Shown here in pieces: positions 24,350-32,000 of a stretch of 32,000 nucleotides of DNA. This stretch comes from Mucisphaera calidilacus (GTDB lineage Bacteria; Planctomycetota; Phycisphaerae; Phycisphaerales; Phycisphaeraceae). Numbering within the stretch: the stretch's first letter is position 1; each line of letters starts with the position of its first letter. The DNA is taken from the NCBI RefSeq assembly GCF_007748075.1, contig NZ_CP036280.1, positions 1,020,001-1,052,000 on the forward strand, written 5' to 3'. Under the pieces are notes generated by a model. The model was not told the DNA's origin. It worked only from the letters and a program-made list of their open reading frames with translations, and searched no databases. The translations under genes and the position numbers were made by a program.

Positions 24350-25756
24350 GTGAAGGGAAATTCCTTGCACTTCGAACGGCGTAGCGACATCCCGGTTCCC
24401 GCCTCCGAGCTCTACGCCTGGCACACGCGCCCCGGCGCTTTCGAGCGCCTGGTCCCGCCCTGGCAGGACGTGCGCGTGCTGCGGCGCGAGGGGAGCATCC
24501 ATGACGGGGATCGGATTGACCTGCGTGTGGGGCCAGGCCTGGGAGCCACGACGTGGAAGATCGAACACCGGGGGCATCGCACGGGCGAGGCGTTTGAAGA
24601 TCACCTTCTCTCGGGGCCCTTTCGCTCGTTTCGGCACCGGCACCTCTTCGAGTCGATCGATGCGGAGCGTTCGCGCCTGATCGATGCCATTGACTTCGAA
24701 CTGCCGGCGGGCTGGCTCTCCGAGCCTGTGGCCGGGTGGTGGATCCGTCAGCAACTCGGCCGCGCGTTTGCCTGGCGTCACGCCATCACACGGGATGACC
24801 TGTCGGCGCACGCACGGTTCGGCGGAGCACGGATGTCGGTCGCCGTGTCGGGCTCGACCGGGCTGATCGGTCGTTCGCTCTGCGCGATGCTGACAACGGG
24901 CGGGCATGCGGTGCATCCGCTCGTGCGTCACGACGGCAAGCGGCTGGTGCCGGGGGGTATCGATCCGGTGCGGTGGTCGTGGGAGCATCAGCAGATCGAA
25001 TCGAACCGTCTGGATGGGCTCGATGCGGTGGTGCACCTGGCGGCGGAGCCCATCCTGGGGAACTGGACGCCAGAAAAGAAGCGGCTGATCCGTGAGAGTC
25101 GTGTGATGGGAACCCGGCTGATCTCGGAGACGCTGGCTCGGCTCAGGCGCAAACCGAGCGTGCTGGTGGTCGCGTCGGCGATCGGGATCTACGGGGATCG
25201 GGGCGACGAGGTGCTGGACGAGACATCATCGGCGGGCGAGGGATTTCTGCCAGAGGTGGCAGCCGGCTGGGAGTCGGCGACGCGTCCCGCGGAGGATGCC
25301 GGTATCCGGGTGGTTCATGCTCGGATCGGCCTGGTGATGACCCCCCGAGGCGCGGCGCTGGCTCAGATGCTCCTGCCGTTTCGGATGGGGGCGGGCGGCC
25401 CGCTGGGAGATGGCCGGGCCTGGTGGAGTTGGGTCGAGCTGGAGGATGTTGTGGGCGCGTTGCATCACGCTTTGATGGACGAGGCGATACGGGGTGCTGT
25501 GAATGTGGTCTCGCCCGAGCCGGTTCGCCAGGGAGATTTCGCACGCTCTCTGGGACGGGCGTTGTGGCGGCCCTCGTTCGTGCCGACGCCTCGCTTCATG
25601 GTGCGGCTGGCGTTTGGTCGCGAGTTGGCGGACGCGGCTCTGCTGGGGAGTCAGCGCGTGTTGCCCGAGAAACTCACGGCGGCCGGTTATCGATTCCGCC
25701 AGCCTGATCTGTCGGCAATGCTCCGGACGTCGCTGGGCATCGAGGAAACAGCATGA
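24350..25756 (+). CDS. SRPBCC-domain / TIGR01777 (YfcH-like, NAD-binding epimerase fold + DUF1731) fusion protein
   Basis: N-terminal FERRSDIPVPASELYAWHTRPGAFERLVPPW (SRPBCC, COG4276-like). Then VAVSGSTGLIGRSL (Rossmann loop) and a C-terminal RVLPEKLTAAGYRFRQPDL (DUF1731-like). GTG start. Confidence 0.8.
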   Translation: MKGNSLHFERRSDIPVPASELYAWHTRPGAFERLVPPWQDVRVLRREGSIHDGDRIDLRVGPGLGATTWKIEHRGHRTGEAFEDHLLSGPFRSFRHRHLFESIDAERSRLIDAIDFELPAGWLSEPVAGWWIRQQLGRAFAWRHAITRDDLSAHARFGGARMSVAVSGSTGLIGRSLCAMLTTGGHAVHPLVRHDGKRLVPGGIDPVRWSWEHQQIESNRLDGLDAVVHLAAEPILGNWTPEKKRLIRESRVMGTRLISETLARLRRKPSVLVVASAIGIYGDRGDEVLDETSSAGEGFLPEVAAGWESATRPAEDAGIRVVHARIGLVMTPRGAALAQMLLPFRMGAGGPLGDGRAWWSWVELEDVVGALHHALMDEAIRGAVNVVSPEPVRQGDFARSLGRALWRPSFVPTPRFMVRLAFGRELADAALLGSQRVLPEKLTAAGYRFRQPDLSAMLRTSLGIEETA

Positions 25757-27186
25757 GTGACGGGACGATCGTGTGGCTGCGTCGGGACCTGCGCTTGTCG
25801 GATCAGCCGGCGCTGCGCTTTGCTATCGAACGCGGCGGGCCTGTGATCCCGGTGTACATCGAGTCCTTCAAAGAGGAGGGGCGCTGGGCACCGGGTGGGG
25901 CGCATCGGTGGTGGCTGCACGAGAGCCTGGGTTCGCTGGCCTCGGATCTGGAGGGCGTCGGCAGCCGCCTGGTGATCCGACGCGGTGAGGCGTTGGCGCA
26001 ACTGCGAGCGTTGGTGAAAGAAACGGGTGCGGACGCGGTGGTGTGGTGTCGGCGTTACGAGCCACTGGTCATCGAGCGGGACAAGGCGGTGAAGTCGTCG
26101 CTGTGCGAAGAGGGTGTCACGGTGGAGACGTTCAACGGGTCCTTGCTGTTTGAGCCCTGGACGGTGATGAATCAGCAGGAGAAGCCCTACCAGGTTTACA
26201 GCCCGTTCAGCCGCAATGCTCTGGATCAGGACGAGCCCGAGCGGCCGTTGAGCAGGCCGCGGAAGCTTGAGTCGCCGGAGTCCTGGCCCGAGTCGCTCGG
26301 TATTGATGACCTCGGGCTGTTACCCGAAGTGAAGTGGTACCAGCGGATGGCTGAGGTGTGGGAGCCGGGTGAGAAGGGCGCGCGTAAGCGGCTCAAGGCG
26401 TTCGTCGGCGAGCGTTCGGTCGATTACAAGTCGGAGCGTGATCGGCCCGACCTCGAGGGCACTTCGCGTCTGTCGCCTTACCTGCATCATGGGGAGTTGA
26501 GCCCGCGGCAGGCCTGGCACGCCGTGCTCGACGGGCTGCCGGAAGGCTCGAGTCGCCGCGACGTGATGAAGTACCTCAAGGAGTTGCTGTGGCGCGAGTT
26601 CGGCTATCACCTGCTCTATCACTTCCCGCAGACGCCCGAGCGTCCCTTGCGGGAGAAGTACGCATCGTTCCCGTGGCGTGATGCGCCGCAGGATCTTCGC
26701 GCGTGGCAGAAGGGGCAGACGGGATATCCGATCGTGGACGCGGGGATGCGTCAGCTCTGGGCAACAGGATGGATGCACAACCGTGTGCGCATGATCGTGG
26801 CGTCGGTGCTGGTCAAGCAGTTGCTGATCACCTGGGAGGAAGGTGCGGCCTGGTTCTGGGACACGCTCGTAGACGGCGATCTGGCGAACAACACGCTGGG
26901 GTGGCAGTGGGCGGGCGGTTGTGGTGCTGATGCGGCACCATACTTCCGCGTCTTCAATCCCGTGCTGCAGGGGGAGAAGTTCGATCCCGAGGGGGCCTAC
27001 ACGCGGTTGTGGGTGCCCGAGTTGAAGGAGGTCCCGCAGAAGTGGTTGTTCAAGCCGTGGGAGGCACCGAAAGAAGTGCTGGAGCAGGCGGGCGTTCAGC
27101 TTGGGCAGACCTACCCGGAGCCGATCGTCGATCCAAAGGCGGGTCGCGAGCGTGCCCTGGAGGCATTCGAGGTGGTCAAGGGATGA
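25753..27186 (+). CDS. phrB: Deoxyribodipyrimidine (CPD) photolyase, class I
   Basis: IVWLRRDLRLSDQPAL, SRLSPYLHHGELSPRQ, WREFGYHLLYHFP, TGYPIVDAGMRQLWATGWMHNRVRMIVASVL, GWQWAGGCGADAAPYFRVFNP. ATGA overlap with the upstream gene. Confidence 0.9.
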   Translation: MSDGTIVWLRRDLRLSDQPALRFAIERGGPVIPVYIESFKEEGRWAPGGAHRWWLHESLGSLASDLEGVGSRLVIRRGEALAQLRALVKETGADAVVWCRRYEPLVIERDKAVKSSLCEEGVTVETFNGSLLFEPWTVMNQQEKPYQVYSPFSRNALDQDEPERPLSRPRKLESPESWPESLGIDDLGLLPEVKWYQRMAEVWEPGEKGARKRLKAFVGERSVDYKSERDRPDLEGTSRLSPYLHHGELSPRQAWHAVLDGLPEGSSRRDVMKYLKELLWREFGYHLLYHFPQTPERPLREKYASFPWRDAPQDLRAWQKGQTGYPIVDAGMRQLWATGWMHNRVRMIVASVLVKQLLITWEEGAAWFWDTLVDGDLANNTLGWQWAGGCGADAAPYFRVFNPVLQGEKFDPEGAYTRLWVPELKEVPQKWLFKPWEAPKEVLEQAGVQLGQTYPEPIVDPKAGRERALEAFEVVKG

Positions 27187-27608
27187 GCGTAGAGGGTGTT
27201 GGCACGAGTCCGCGTTGGATGTCCGTCGTGCTCGCGCTGGCGGCGGCTTACAACGTGGTGTGGGGCGCTGCGGCGGTGCTGATACCGGCCCTGTTTTTCA
27301 CGGCGGCCGGGATGGAGCCGCCTGAGTACCTCTGGTTGTGGCAGTGCGTCGGGATGATCGTGGGCGTTTACGGGGTCGGGTACGGCTGCGCGGCGATGGA
27401 TCCTGCCCGGCACTGGCCGATCGTGCTGGTGGGACTGATGGGCAAGGTGTTTGGCCCGATCGGGTTTGCGCAGGCGCTCTGGATGGGTGAGATCACGATG
27501 CTGTTCGGCGTGAACATCATCTTCAATGACCTGATCTGGTGGGTGCCGTTCGGTTTGATCCTGATGCACGCCTGGCGAGTTCGGCGAGCGGCGGGTGGGG
27601 CGTCATGA
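27183..27608 (+). CDS. Small polytopic membrane protein (141 aa), family not recognised
   Basis: About four predicted TM helices (VVLALAAAYNVVWGAAAVLIPALFF, LWQCVGMIVGVYGVGYGCAA, IVLVGLMGKVFGPIGFAQALW, IIFNDLIWWVPFGLILMHAW). The ATG overlaps the phrB stop (ATGA). The upstream part of the 27009 ORF lies inside phrB and is rejected. Confidence 0.6.
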   Translation: MSVEGVGTSPRWMSVVLALAAAYNVVWGAAAVLIPALFFTAAGMEPPEYLWLWQCVGMIVGVYGVGYGCAAMDPARHWPIVLVGLMGKVFGPIGFAQALWMGEITMLFGVNIIFNDLIWWVPFGLILMHAWRVRRAAGGAS

Positions 27609-28027
27609 CGTGGCTGCTGCTGGTGCACGCGGGGGTGACGTGCTACATGGCGGGCCTGATCTGCCTGATCCAGAGGGTGCATTACCCGCTGATGGATCGT
27701 GTGCCGAGCGAGGGGTTCGCGTCCTTTGCGACAGAGCATCAGCAGCGGATCCTGCCGGTGGTCGGGCCGACGATGCTGGTCGAGGGCGTGTGCGCGGCGG
27801 CGCTCGTTGCGGTGTACCCGGCGTCGTGGCTGGTGTGGGCGGGGCTGGTGCTGGTCTTGGTCAACGGGGTATCGACGGCTCTGGTGCAGGTCCCGCTTCA
27901 TACCCAGCTCGCTCGGGGGTTTGACGCTGTGGCGCATCGCCGGCTGGTGATGAGCAACTGGGTTCGGACCGTGGCCTGGACGGCGCGTGCGGTGTTGTCA
28001 CTGGTGATGGTGGCGGTGCTGGGCTGA
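27605..28027 (+). CDS. Small polytopic membrane protein (140 aa), possibly DUF1772-like
   Basis: MTWLLLVHAGVTCYMAGLICLIQRVHYPLM..., ...MSNWVRTVAWTARAVLSLVMV. About four TM helices. The ATG overlaps the upstream stop (ATGA). DUF1772 similarity is from memory only. Confidence 0.55.
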   Translation: MTWLLLVHAGVTCYMAGLICLIQRVHYPLMDRVPSEGFASFATEHQQRILPVVGPTMLVEGVCAAALVAVYPASWLVWAGLVLVLVNGVSTALVQVPLHTQLARGFDAVAHRRLVMSNWVRTVAWTARAVLSLVMVAVLG

Positions 28028-29167
28028 GCGACGCAGTGCGCTGGTGGCCTTCCACGCGGTGAGTGCGAGAAAGGGGCCTGCGGTGACAGCGACGGCGAGG
28101 AGTGACCCGCCAAGCACGGTCGCACCCAGCCCGAGGAGGGGGCCGATGGCAAAGCCCGCCCCGATGAGCCCTTCGTGCTCGCCGCCGGCCTCGACTGAGG
28201 CGTTCTGAATGACCTGGACGTAGTAGAGAGCGGCGAAGTAGGAGAGACCCGCGGCGATGCCGAACATGATCTCGCCGGCGATGACGACCGCGATCGTCGT
28301 CCCGAACAGAATCAGGATGAGGCTGACGGGCTGGATGACCAGCGCAAGAAGCAGGGGCCAGACACGATCATGCCAGGCGGGAAAGAAGATCATGGCGGCG
28401 AAGGTGAGGAAGCGCATCCCGTGGATGAGCGCTGCGGTGTTGGTGGCGACCTCAGTTGAGAGGCCGAGGTCGGAAAGGATCTCGGGCAGCAGGGGGCTGA
28501 GGAGGAAGAGCAGGGCGTAGCTGGCGAGCATCGTCCAGCGGCTGGAAACGAGCAGGTGTTTCCATCGTTGGAGTTGTTCGGGTGATGGCCGCTCGGGGTG
28601 GTCGTGGTCCATGTGGAGCGGTCGCGCCCGGAGCGAAAGCATGATGGCTGCGACGGCGAGATTGAGCCCCGCAGCGACGAAGAGCAGGGCGTTGGGCTCG
28701 AGGCGGGTCATGATCTGGCCCGTGAGAACGAGCGCGACAGCGACGGCGGAGGACCAGGTGAGGTTGAAGTAGCCGATGGTGTTCAGCGCACGTCGGGGCG
28801 TGAGCCCGGAGCTGATATAGCTCTCGATGACGGGCCACATCATGCCGGTGAGCAGGCCCATGCCGAGGAACCCCGGGACGAGCACGGCGGGTGTGGGGCT
28901 CAGGCCGATGATGGCGTTGATAACGGCCTGCCCGAGTGTGGCGACGATGGCGAGGTTGCGCTCACCGAAGCGGTGCGCGATGGGGTGGCTGATGAGGGCG
29001 CCGAGGAGGTAGATGAGTCCCCAGCCCAGGGCGAGTCCCAGGTTCTGGAGTTCGGAGAAGCCGAGGATGTCGTGGGTGTAGAAGTAGAGGCCAAGCTCGA
29101 TGAGGCTGGTGGCGACCGATCCGATGAAAGTGAGCGCCAGGACACGGCGTTTGCCGGTGGGGTGCAC
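27998..29167 (-). CDS. MFS-type transporter (389 aa)
   Basis: About 12 hydrophobic segments, with a HRFGERNL loop after TM2 resembling the MFS D-R-x-G-R-R motif. GTG 29167 is 7 nt after AAGAGG. The upstream 175 codons of the 27998..29692 ORF overlap smpB out of frame and are rejected. The 3' end overlaps the convergent gene by 30 nt. Confidence 0.7.
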   Translation of the reverse strand: MHPTGKRRVLALTFIGSVATSLIELGLYFYTHDILGFSELQNLGLALGWGLIYLLGALISHPIAHRFGERNLAIVATLGQAVINAIIGLSPTPAVLVPGFLGMGLLTGMMWPVIESYISSGLTPRRALNTIGYFNLTWSSAVAVALVLTGQIMTRLEPNALLFVAAGLNLAVAAIMLSLRARPLHMDHDHPERPSPEQLQRWKHLLVSSRWTMLASYALLFLLSPLLPEILSDLGLSTEVATNTAALIHGMRFLTFAAMIFFPAWHDRVWPLLLALVIQPVSLILILFGTTIAVVIAGEIMFGIAAGLSYFAALYYVQVIQNASVEAGGEHEGLIGAGFAIGPLLGLGATVLGGSLLAVAVTAGPFLALTAWKATSALRRSAQHRHHHQ

Positions 29168-29184
29168 GTCGTTACCTCTTTCCG

Positions 29185-29670
29185 TCAGATGCGTCTGCGT
29201 GTCATGGCGCGTTGCATGTCGCGTTTGGCGTCTTTGGTCTTGAGGTCCTGGCGTTTGTCGTGCTGTTTCTTGCCCTCGCCAACGCCCAGGAGCAGCTTGG
29301 CACGTCCGCGGACGAAGTAGATGGCAAGGGGAACGAGGGTGGTGCCCTTGGCGGTGAGTCGGCCCTCGAGCTGCTTGATCTCTCGCTTGTGCGCGAGCAG
29401 GAGGCGGGGGCGTCGCGGGGCGTGCTGGTTGACGCCGGCCTGCTTGTACTGGGCGATGTCGACGTTGAGCAGCAGCAGCTCGCCGGAGCGGTTGTCGATC
29501 GTGGCGTAGCCCTCGGCGAGAGAGACCTGGGAATTGCGGATCGACTTGATCTCGGTGCCGAGGAGCTTGATGCCGACTTCCAGCTTGTCGACGATGTGAT
29601 AGTCGTGACGCGCTCGACGGTTCTCGATCCGCGGTGAAAAGTTCTCGGGTTTGGGTTTCCTCTTGGCCAT
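29185..29670 (-). CDS. smpB: SsrA-binding protein SmpB
   Basis: ENRRARHDYHIVDKLEVGIKLLGTEIKSIR, SLAEGYA, LLNVDIAQY, LLLHKREI-type block and a basic C-terminal tail. Confidence 0.9.
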   Translation of the reverse strand: MAKRKPKPENFSPRIENRRARHDYHIVDKLEVGIKLLGTEIKSIRNSQVSLAEGYATIDNRSGELLLLNVDIAQYKQAGVNQHAPRRPRLLLAHKREIKQLEGRLTAKGTTLVPLAIYFVRGRAKLLLGVGEGKKQHDKRQDLKTKDAKRDMQRAMTRRRI

Positions 29671-29708
29671 GGCGAGCCGCGTAGTCTAGCACCGCGAGCG
29701 TACGCTGC

Positions 29709-31067
29709 TTACTTGCCGATGCAGAATTGGGCGAAGAGCCTGCCGATGACGTCGTCTTCGGAGATGCGACCGGCGATGGAGCCTAGGTGGTCGAGGGCCT
29801 GTCGGATTGTGTCGGCGACCAGTTCGGGGTCGGTCAGACGGTGGTCGGACGGGTCAGGACCGATCTGATCGAGGAGGGATCCGAGCGTGGTGAGCGTGGC
29901 GTGGAGGGCGTGCTGGTGCCGGGGCTGGAGAGCGATGCGAGCGCTGCCGCGCGTGGTGTGGTCGGCGGCAAGATGGCCAGCGATGGCGGACCGGAGGGCT
30001 TCCAGACCGTTGCCCGTGAGACCGCAGACCGGCAGGGCGTGGTCGTCGTGGGGGTGTTGGGCGAGGTCGGCCTTGGTGCGGACGTCGATGTGGTTGGCGT
30101 CCTCGGGCAGGTTGACGGGCTGAGCGTCGTCAGCGGGGACGCAGCGGAGGATGAGGTCGGCGTCCTCGAGGGCCTCGCGTGCAATGAACTGGGCCTCGGC
30201 GTCGCGGCCGTGATCGGGGGTGTCGTCGAGACCGGCGAGATCGACCAGGATGACGGAGACGGTGTGCCCGTCAGGATGCGTGAGGTCGAGGGGGGCTTCG
30301 AGGCGGTCGCGGGTCGTGCCCGGCGCGTGGTGGGTGACGGCCCGGTGGTGGCCGAGCAGGGCGTTCATGAGGGTGCTCTTGCCGGCCGAGGGCGGGCCTG
30401 CAAGGACGACACGCGGCTGGGCGTGGTGTTCGCGGTGGACGTAGCCCGAATCGTGGAGTGTGCGCACGGCGTGGTGGATCGTGTTGATGCGTTCTGCGAG
30501 TTCATGCGCGGGGATGGCGACGACGTCATCCTGGTCGGTGAAGTCGATGCCGGCCTCGACGAGCGCGAGGGTGTCAGCGAGGGTGTGCATCCAGTTGTCG
30601 ACGGTCTGGCCGAGTCGTCCTTGTCGCCACGTCGTGGCGGCCTCGAGCTGGTGGTCGTTGTCGGCCGCAATGGTGGCAGACACCCCCTCGGCCTGTTCGA
30701 GGGTGAGTCGCCCGTTGCGGAAAGCTCGGTAGCTGAACTCGCCGGGCTCGGCGAGGCGCGCGCCGGCGGCGGTGGCGGCGTGCAGGGTGCGTTCCAGCAG
30801 CGAGGGGTTGCCGGGCAGCCAGAGTTCAGCGGCGGGCTCGCCGGTGTAGCTGCCCGAGGCTCGGAAGGCGCAGACTCGAGCGGGGATCGGCGGAAGATCC
30901 GTGTGTTTGAGCCGGGTGTCGGCGAGTTGCCGGGGCTTGTCGGGTGGCGTGCAGAGGCGGGCGAGGATGGCGTGGGCGTCGGGGCCGGAGAGGCGGATCA
31001 TGCCCCGGGCTGCGGGTCCGACGGGTGATGCGGTGGCGACGATGGTGTCGTTCGCCGGGTGGCTCAC
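29709..31067 (-). CDS. mnmE: tRNA uridine-5-carboxymethylaminomethyl modification GTPase MnmE
   Basis: DTIVATASPVGPAARGMIRLSGPDA, YTGEPAAELWLPGNP, RLAEPGEFSYRAFRNGRLTLEQAEGV, G1 loop GPPSAGKSTLMNALLG and C-terminal FCIGK tetrad. GTG start overlaps the yidC stop (GTGA). Confidence 0.9.
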   Translation of the reverse strand: MSHPANDTIVATASPVGPAARGMIRLSGPDAHAILARLCTPPDKPRQLADTRLKHTDLPPIPARVCAFRASGSYTGEPAAELWLPGNPSLLERTLHAATAAGARLAEPGEFSYRAFRNGRLTLEQAEGVSATIAADNDHQLEAATTWRQGRLGQTVDNWMHTLADTLALVEAGIDFTDQDDVVAIPAHELAERINTIHHAVRTLHDSGYVHREHHAQPRVVLAGPPSAGKSTLMNALLGHHRAVTHHAPGTTRDRLEAPLDLTHPDGHTVSVILVDLAGLDDTPDHGRDAEAQFIAREALEDADLILRCVPADDAQPVNLPEDANHIDVRTKADLAQHPHDDHALPVCGLTGNGLEALRSAIAGHLAADHTTRGSARIALQPRHQHALHATLTTLGSLLDQIGPDPSDHRLTDPELVADTIRQALDHLGSIAGRISEDDVIGRLFAQFCIGK

Positions 31068-32000
31068 TTGCGTTTCATCCGTCGGGCCGCGGCGCGTCCC
31101 CCGGGCTGGTTGGCCTCGTTCTGGACGTGCTTGCGTCCGCCCTCCTTGGCGGCACGCTGGGCTTCAACCTGCTGCTGGGCCTGCTCCATAGCCTTGTGTA
31201 TGCGGTCCCAGAATCCGCCGGGCTTGGGCTTCTTCTTCTCGAAGAGGCGCCCGGATTCTTCCTCGTGCTTGAGGTGGCGTCGGACGATCCAGGAGTCGAG
31301 GATGCCGGCGGCGGTGGAGGAGGTCATGTAGAGCGTGAGGCCGGCGGGTGCGGAGTAGAGGAAGAGCGGGAAGATCAGGAACATGATGCGCATGGTCCGC
31401 TGCATGGAGGCCTGCTGCTCGTTGGCGGGCGGCGGACTCATGAGCAGGTTGTTGATGAAGAAGACGATGGCCATGAGGATGGGGAGGATGTTGATCGCGT
31501 TGAAATGAGGCTCGATGAAGTAGAGGGGGATGGTGAGGCCGTCGCCACCAAACAGGATGAAGTTGTCGGGGCCGGAAAGGTCGGCGAGGAAACGCCAGTT
31601 CCCACCCGAGACGGTCTGGAAGACGCCCCAGAAGGCGGGCTCATGACGCAGCTCAATGGCGTAGAAGAGCATGGCGTAGAGCGCGGTCCAGATCGGCATC
31701 TGGAGGAACATGGGCAGGCAGCCGAGCATGCCGAGCGGGCTGGCGCCGGCCTCGCGCATGAGCCGCAGTTGCTCGGACTGGAGCTTGGCGGGGTCGTCCT
31801 TGTATTTCTTCTTGAGCTTCTCGATCTCGGGCTGGAGCTTCTGCATGACCTTGCCCATACGCATCATGCTGAGCTGGCTCTTCTTCATGATCGGGTGCAG
31901 GATCAGGCGGACGGTCACGACGAGGACGATGATGGCGACGCCCCAGTCCGCGAGGAGCCAGTGGAAGAAGCCGAGGAAGGCGAGGAGCCAGCGTGCGAGG
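31064..32000 (-). CDS. yidC: Membrane protein insertase YidC, 5' end beyond window edge
   Basis: The frame stays open to the window end: ...WGVAIIVLVVTVRLILHPIMKKSQLSMMRMGKVMQKLQPEIEKLKKKYKDDPAKLQSEQLRLMREAGASPLGMLGCLPMFLQMPIWTALY is the YidC/Oxa1 core. Basic C-terminal tail. The GTG at 31918 in the ORF track is internal. Confidence 0.85.
   Translation of the reverse strand, partial: LARWLLAFLGFFHWLLADWGVAIIVLVVTVRLILHPIMKKSQLSMMRMGKVMQKLQPEIEKLKKKYKDDPAKLQSEQLRLMREAGASPLGMLGCLPMFLQMPIWTALYAMLFYAIELRHEPAFWGVFQTVSGGNWRFLADLSGPDNFILFGGDGLTIPLYFIEPHFNAINILPILMAIVFFINNLLMSPPPANEQQASMQRTMRIMFLIFPLFLYSAPAGLTLYMTSSTAAGILDSWIVRRHLKHEEESGRLFEKKKPKPGGFWDRIHKAMEQAQQQVEAQRAAKEGGRKHVQNEANQPGGRAAARRMKRK

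Noticed and set aside
27009-27182. Upstream extension of the 199-aa ORF 27009..27608 into the photolyase 3' end.
   Set aside because: The extension is Gly/Arg-rich and lies within phrB coding sequence. ATG 27183 forms an ATGA overlap with the phrB stop and begins the hydrophobic protein.
29168-29692. N-terminal 175 codons of the 564-aa ORF 27998..29692, which would extend the MFS transporter across smpB.
   Set aside because: This part is Arg/Gln/Pro/Thr-rich junk that overlaps the well-supported smpB gene in another frame. Transporter-like sequence begins at GTG 29167, which has an AAGAGG 7 nt upstream.
29168-29708. I looked for a tmRNA (ssrA) gene next to smpB.
   Set aside because: The flanking gaps are only 17 and 38 nt. 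There is no tRNA-like acceptor/T-arm sequence or tag-peptide reading frame.
1-32000. Window-wide look for CRISPR arrays, tandem repeats, IS/transposase or integrase genes, prophage or defence-system genes, tRNA and rRNA.
   Set aside because: None was seen. There are no periodic direct repeats, no transposase/integrase-like ORFs, no cloverleaf-capable intergenic segments (all intergenic gaps are 210 nt or shorter) and no marked compositional island apart from the short AT-richer promoter regions.

Overview
High-GC (about 60-65% by eye), gene-dense bacterial chromosomal window. I call 29 CDS (two are cut by the window edges). I found no rRNA, tRNA, tmRNA, CRISPR array, IS element or integrase. 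Phylum cannot be assigned from sequence alone.

Layout:
- 1-12.5 kb, housekeeping: transketolase (5' partial), an orphan ExbB/TolQ-like channel, alpha-glucan phosphorylase, then a tightly packed hypothetical-DinB-thiL-tsaE-yacG run. These are followed by a convergent Fur-family regulator, homoserine dehydrogenase, a Tat-lipoprotein metallophosphoesterase, a Lon-N-domain protein and a long-form serine acetyltransferase.
- 12.5-24.3 kb, the accessory part: a near-contiguous plus-strand operon with WecB/TagA/CpsF glycosyltransferase, a degenerate sugar-nucleotidyltransferase-like protein, exosortase, EpsI, a Wzc-like chain-length determinant / P-loop protein, a monotopic phosphoglycosyl transferase with a long soluble N-terminal extension, and a 1446-aa TPR protein.
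- 24.3-28.0 kb: four translationally coupled genes (three ATGA overlaps), namely an SRPBCC-TIGR01777 fusion, CPD photolyase and two small membrane proteins.
- 28.0-32.0 kb, minus strand: yidC (partial), mnmE, smpB, MFS transporter.

Most interesting observation: the Wzc-like P-loop domain carries a ~53-aa insertion. It consists of two 24-residue units separated by exactly 5 residues and matches the MshEN (T2SSE_N) c-di-GMP-binding motif. The same protein has no tyrosine in its C-terminal tail. Together these suggest a c-di-GMP-gated, non-tyrosine-phosphorylating co-polymerase ATPase inside an exosortase locus.

All functional calls come from motif recognition by eye. No searches were run.
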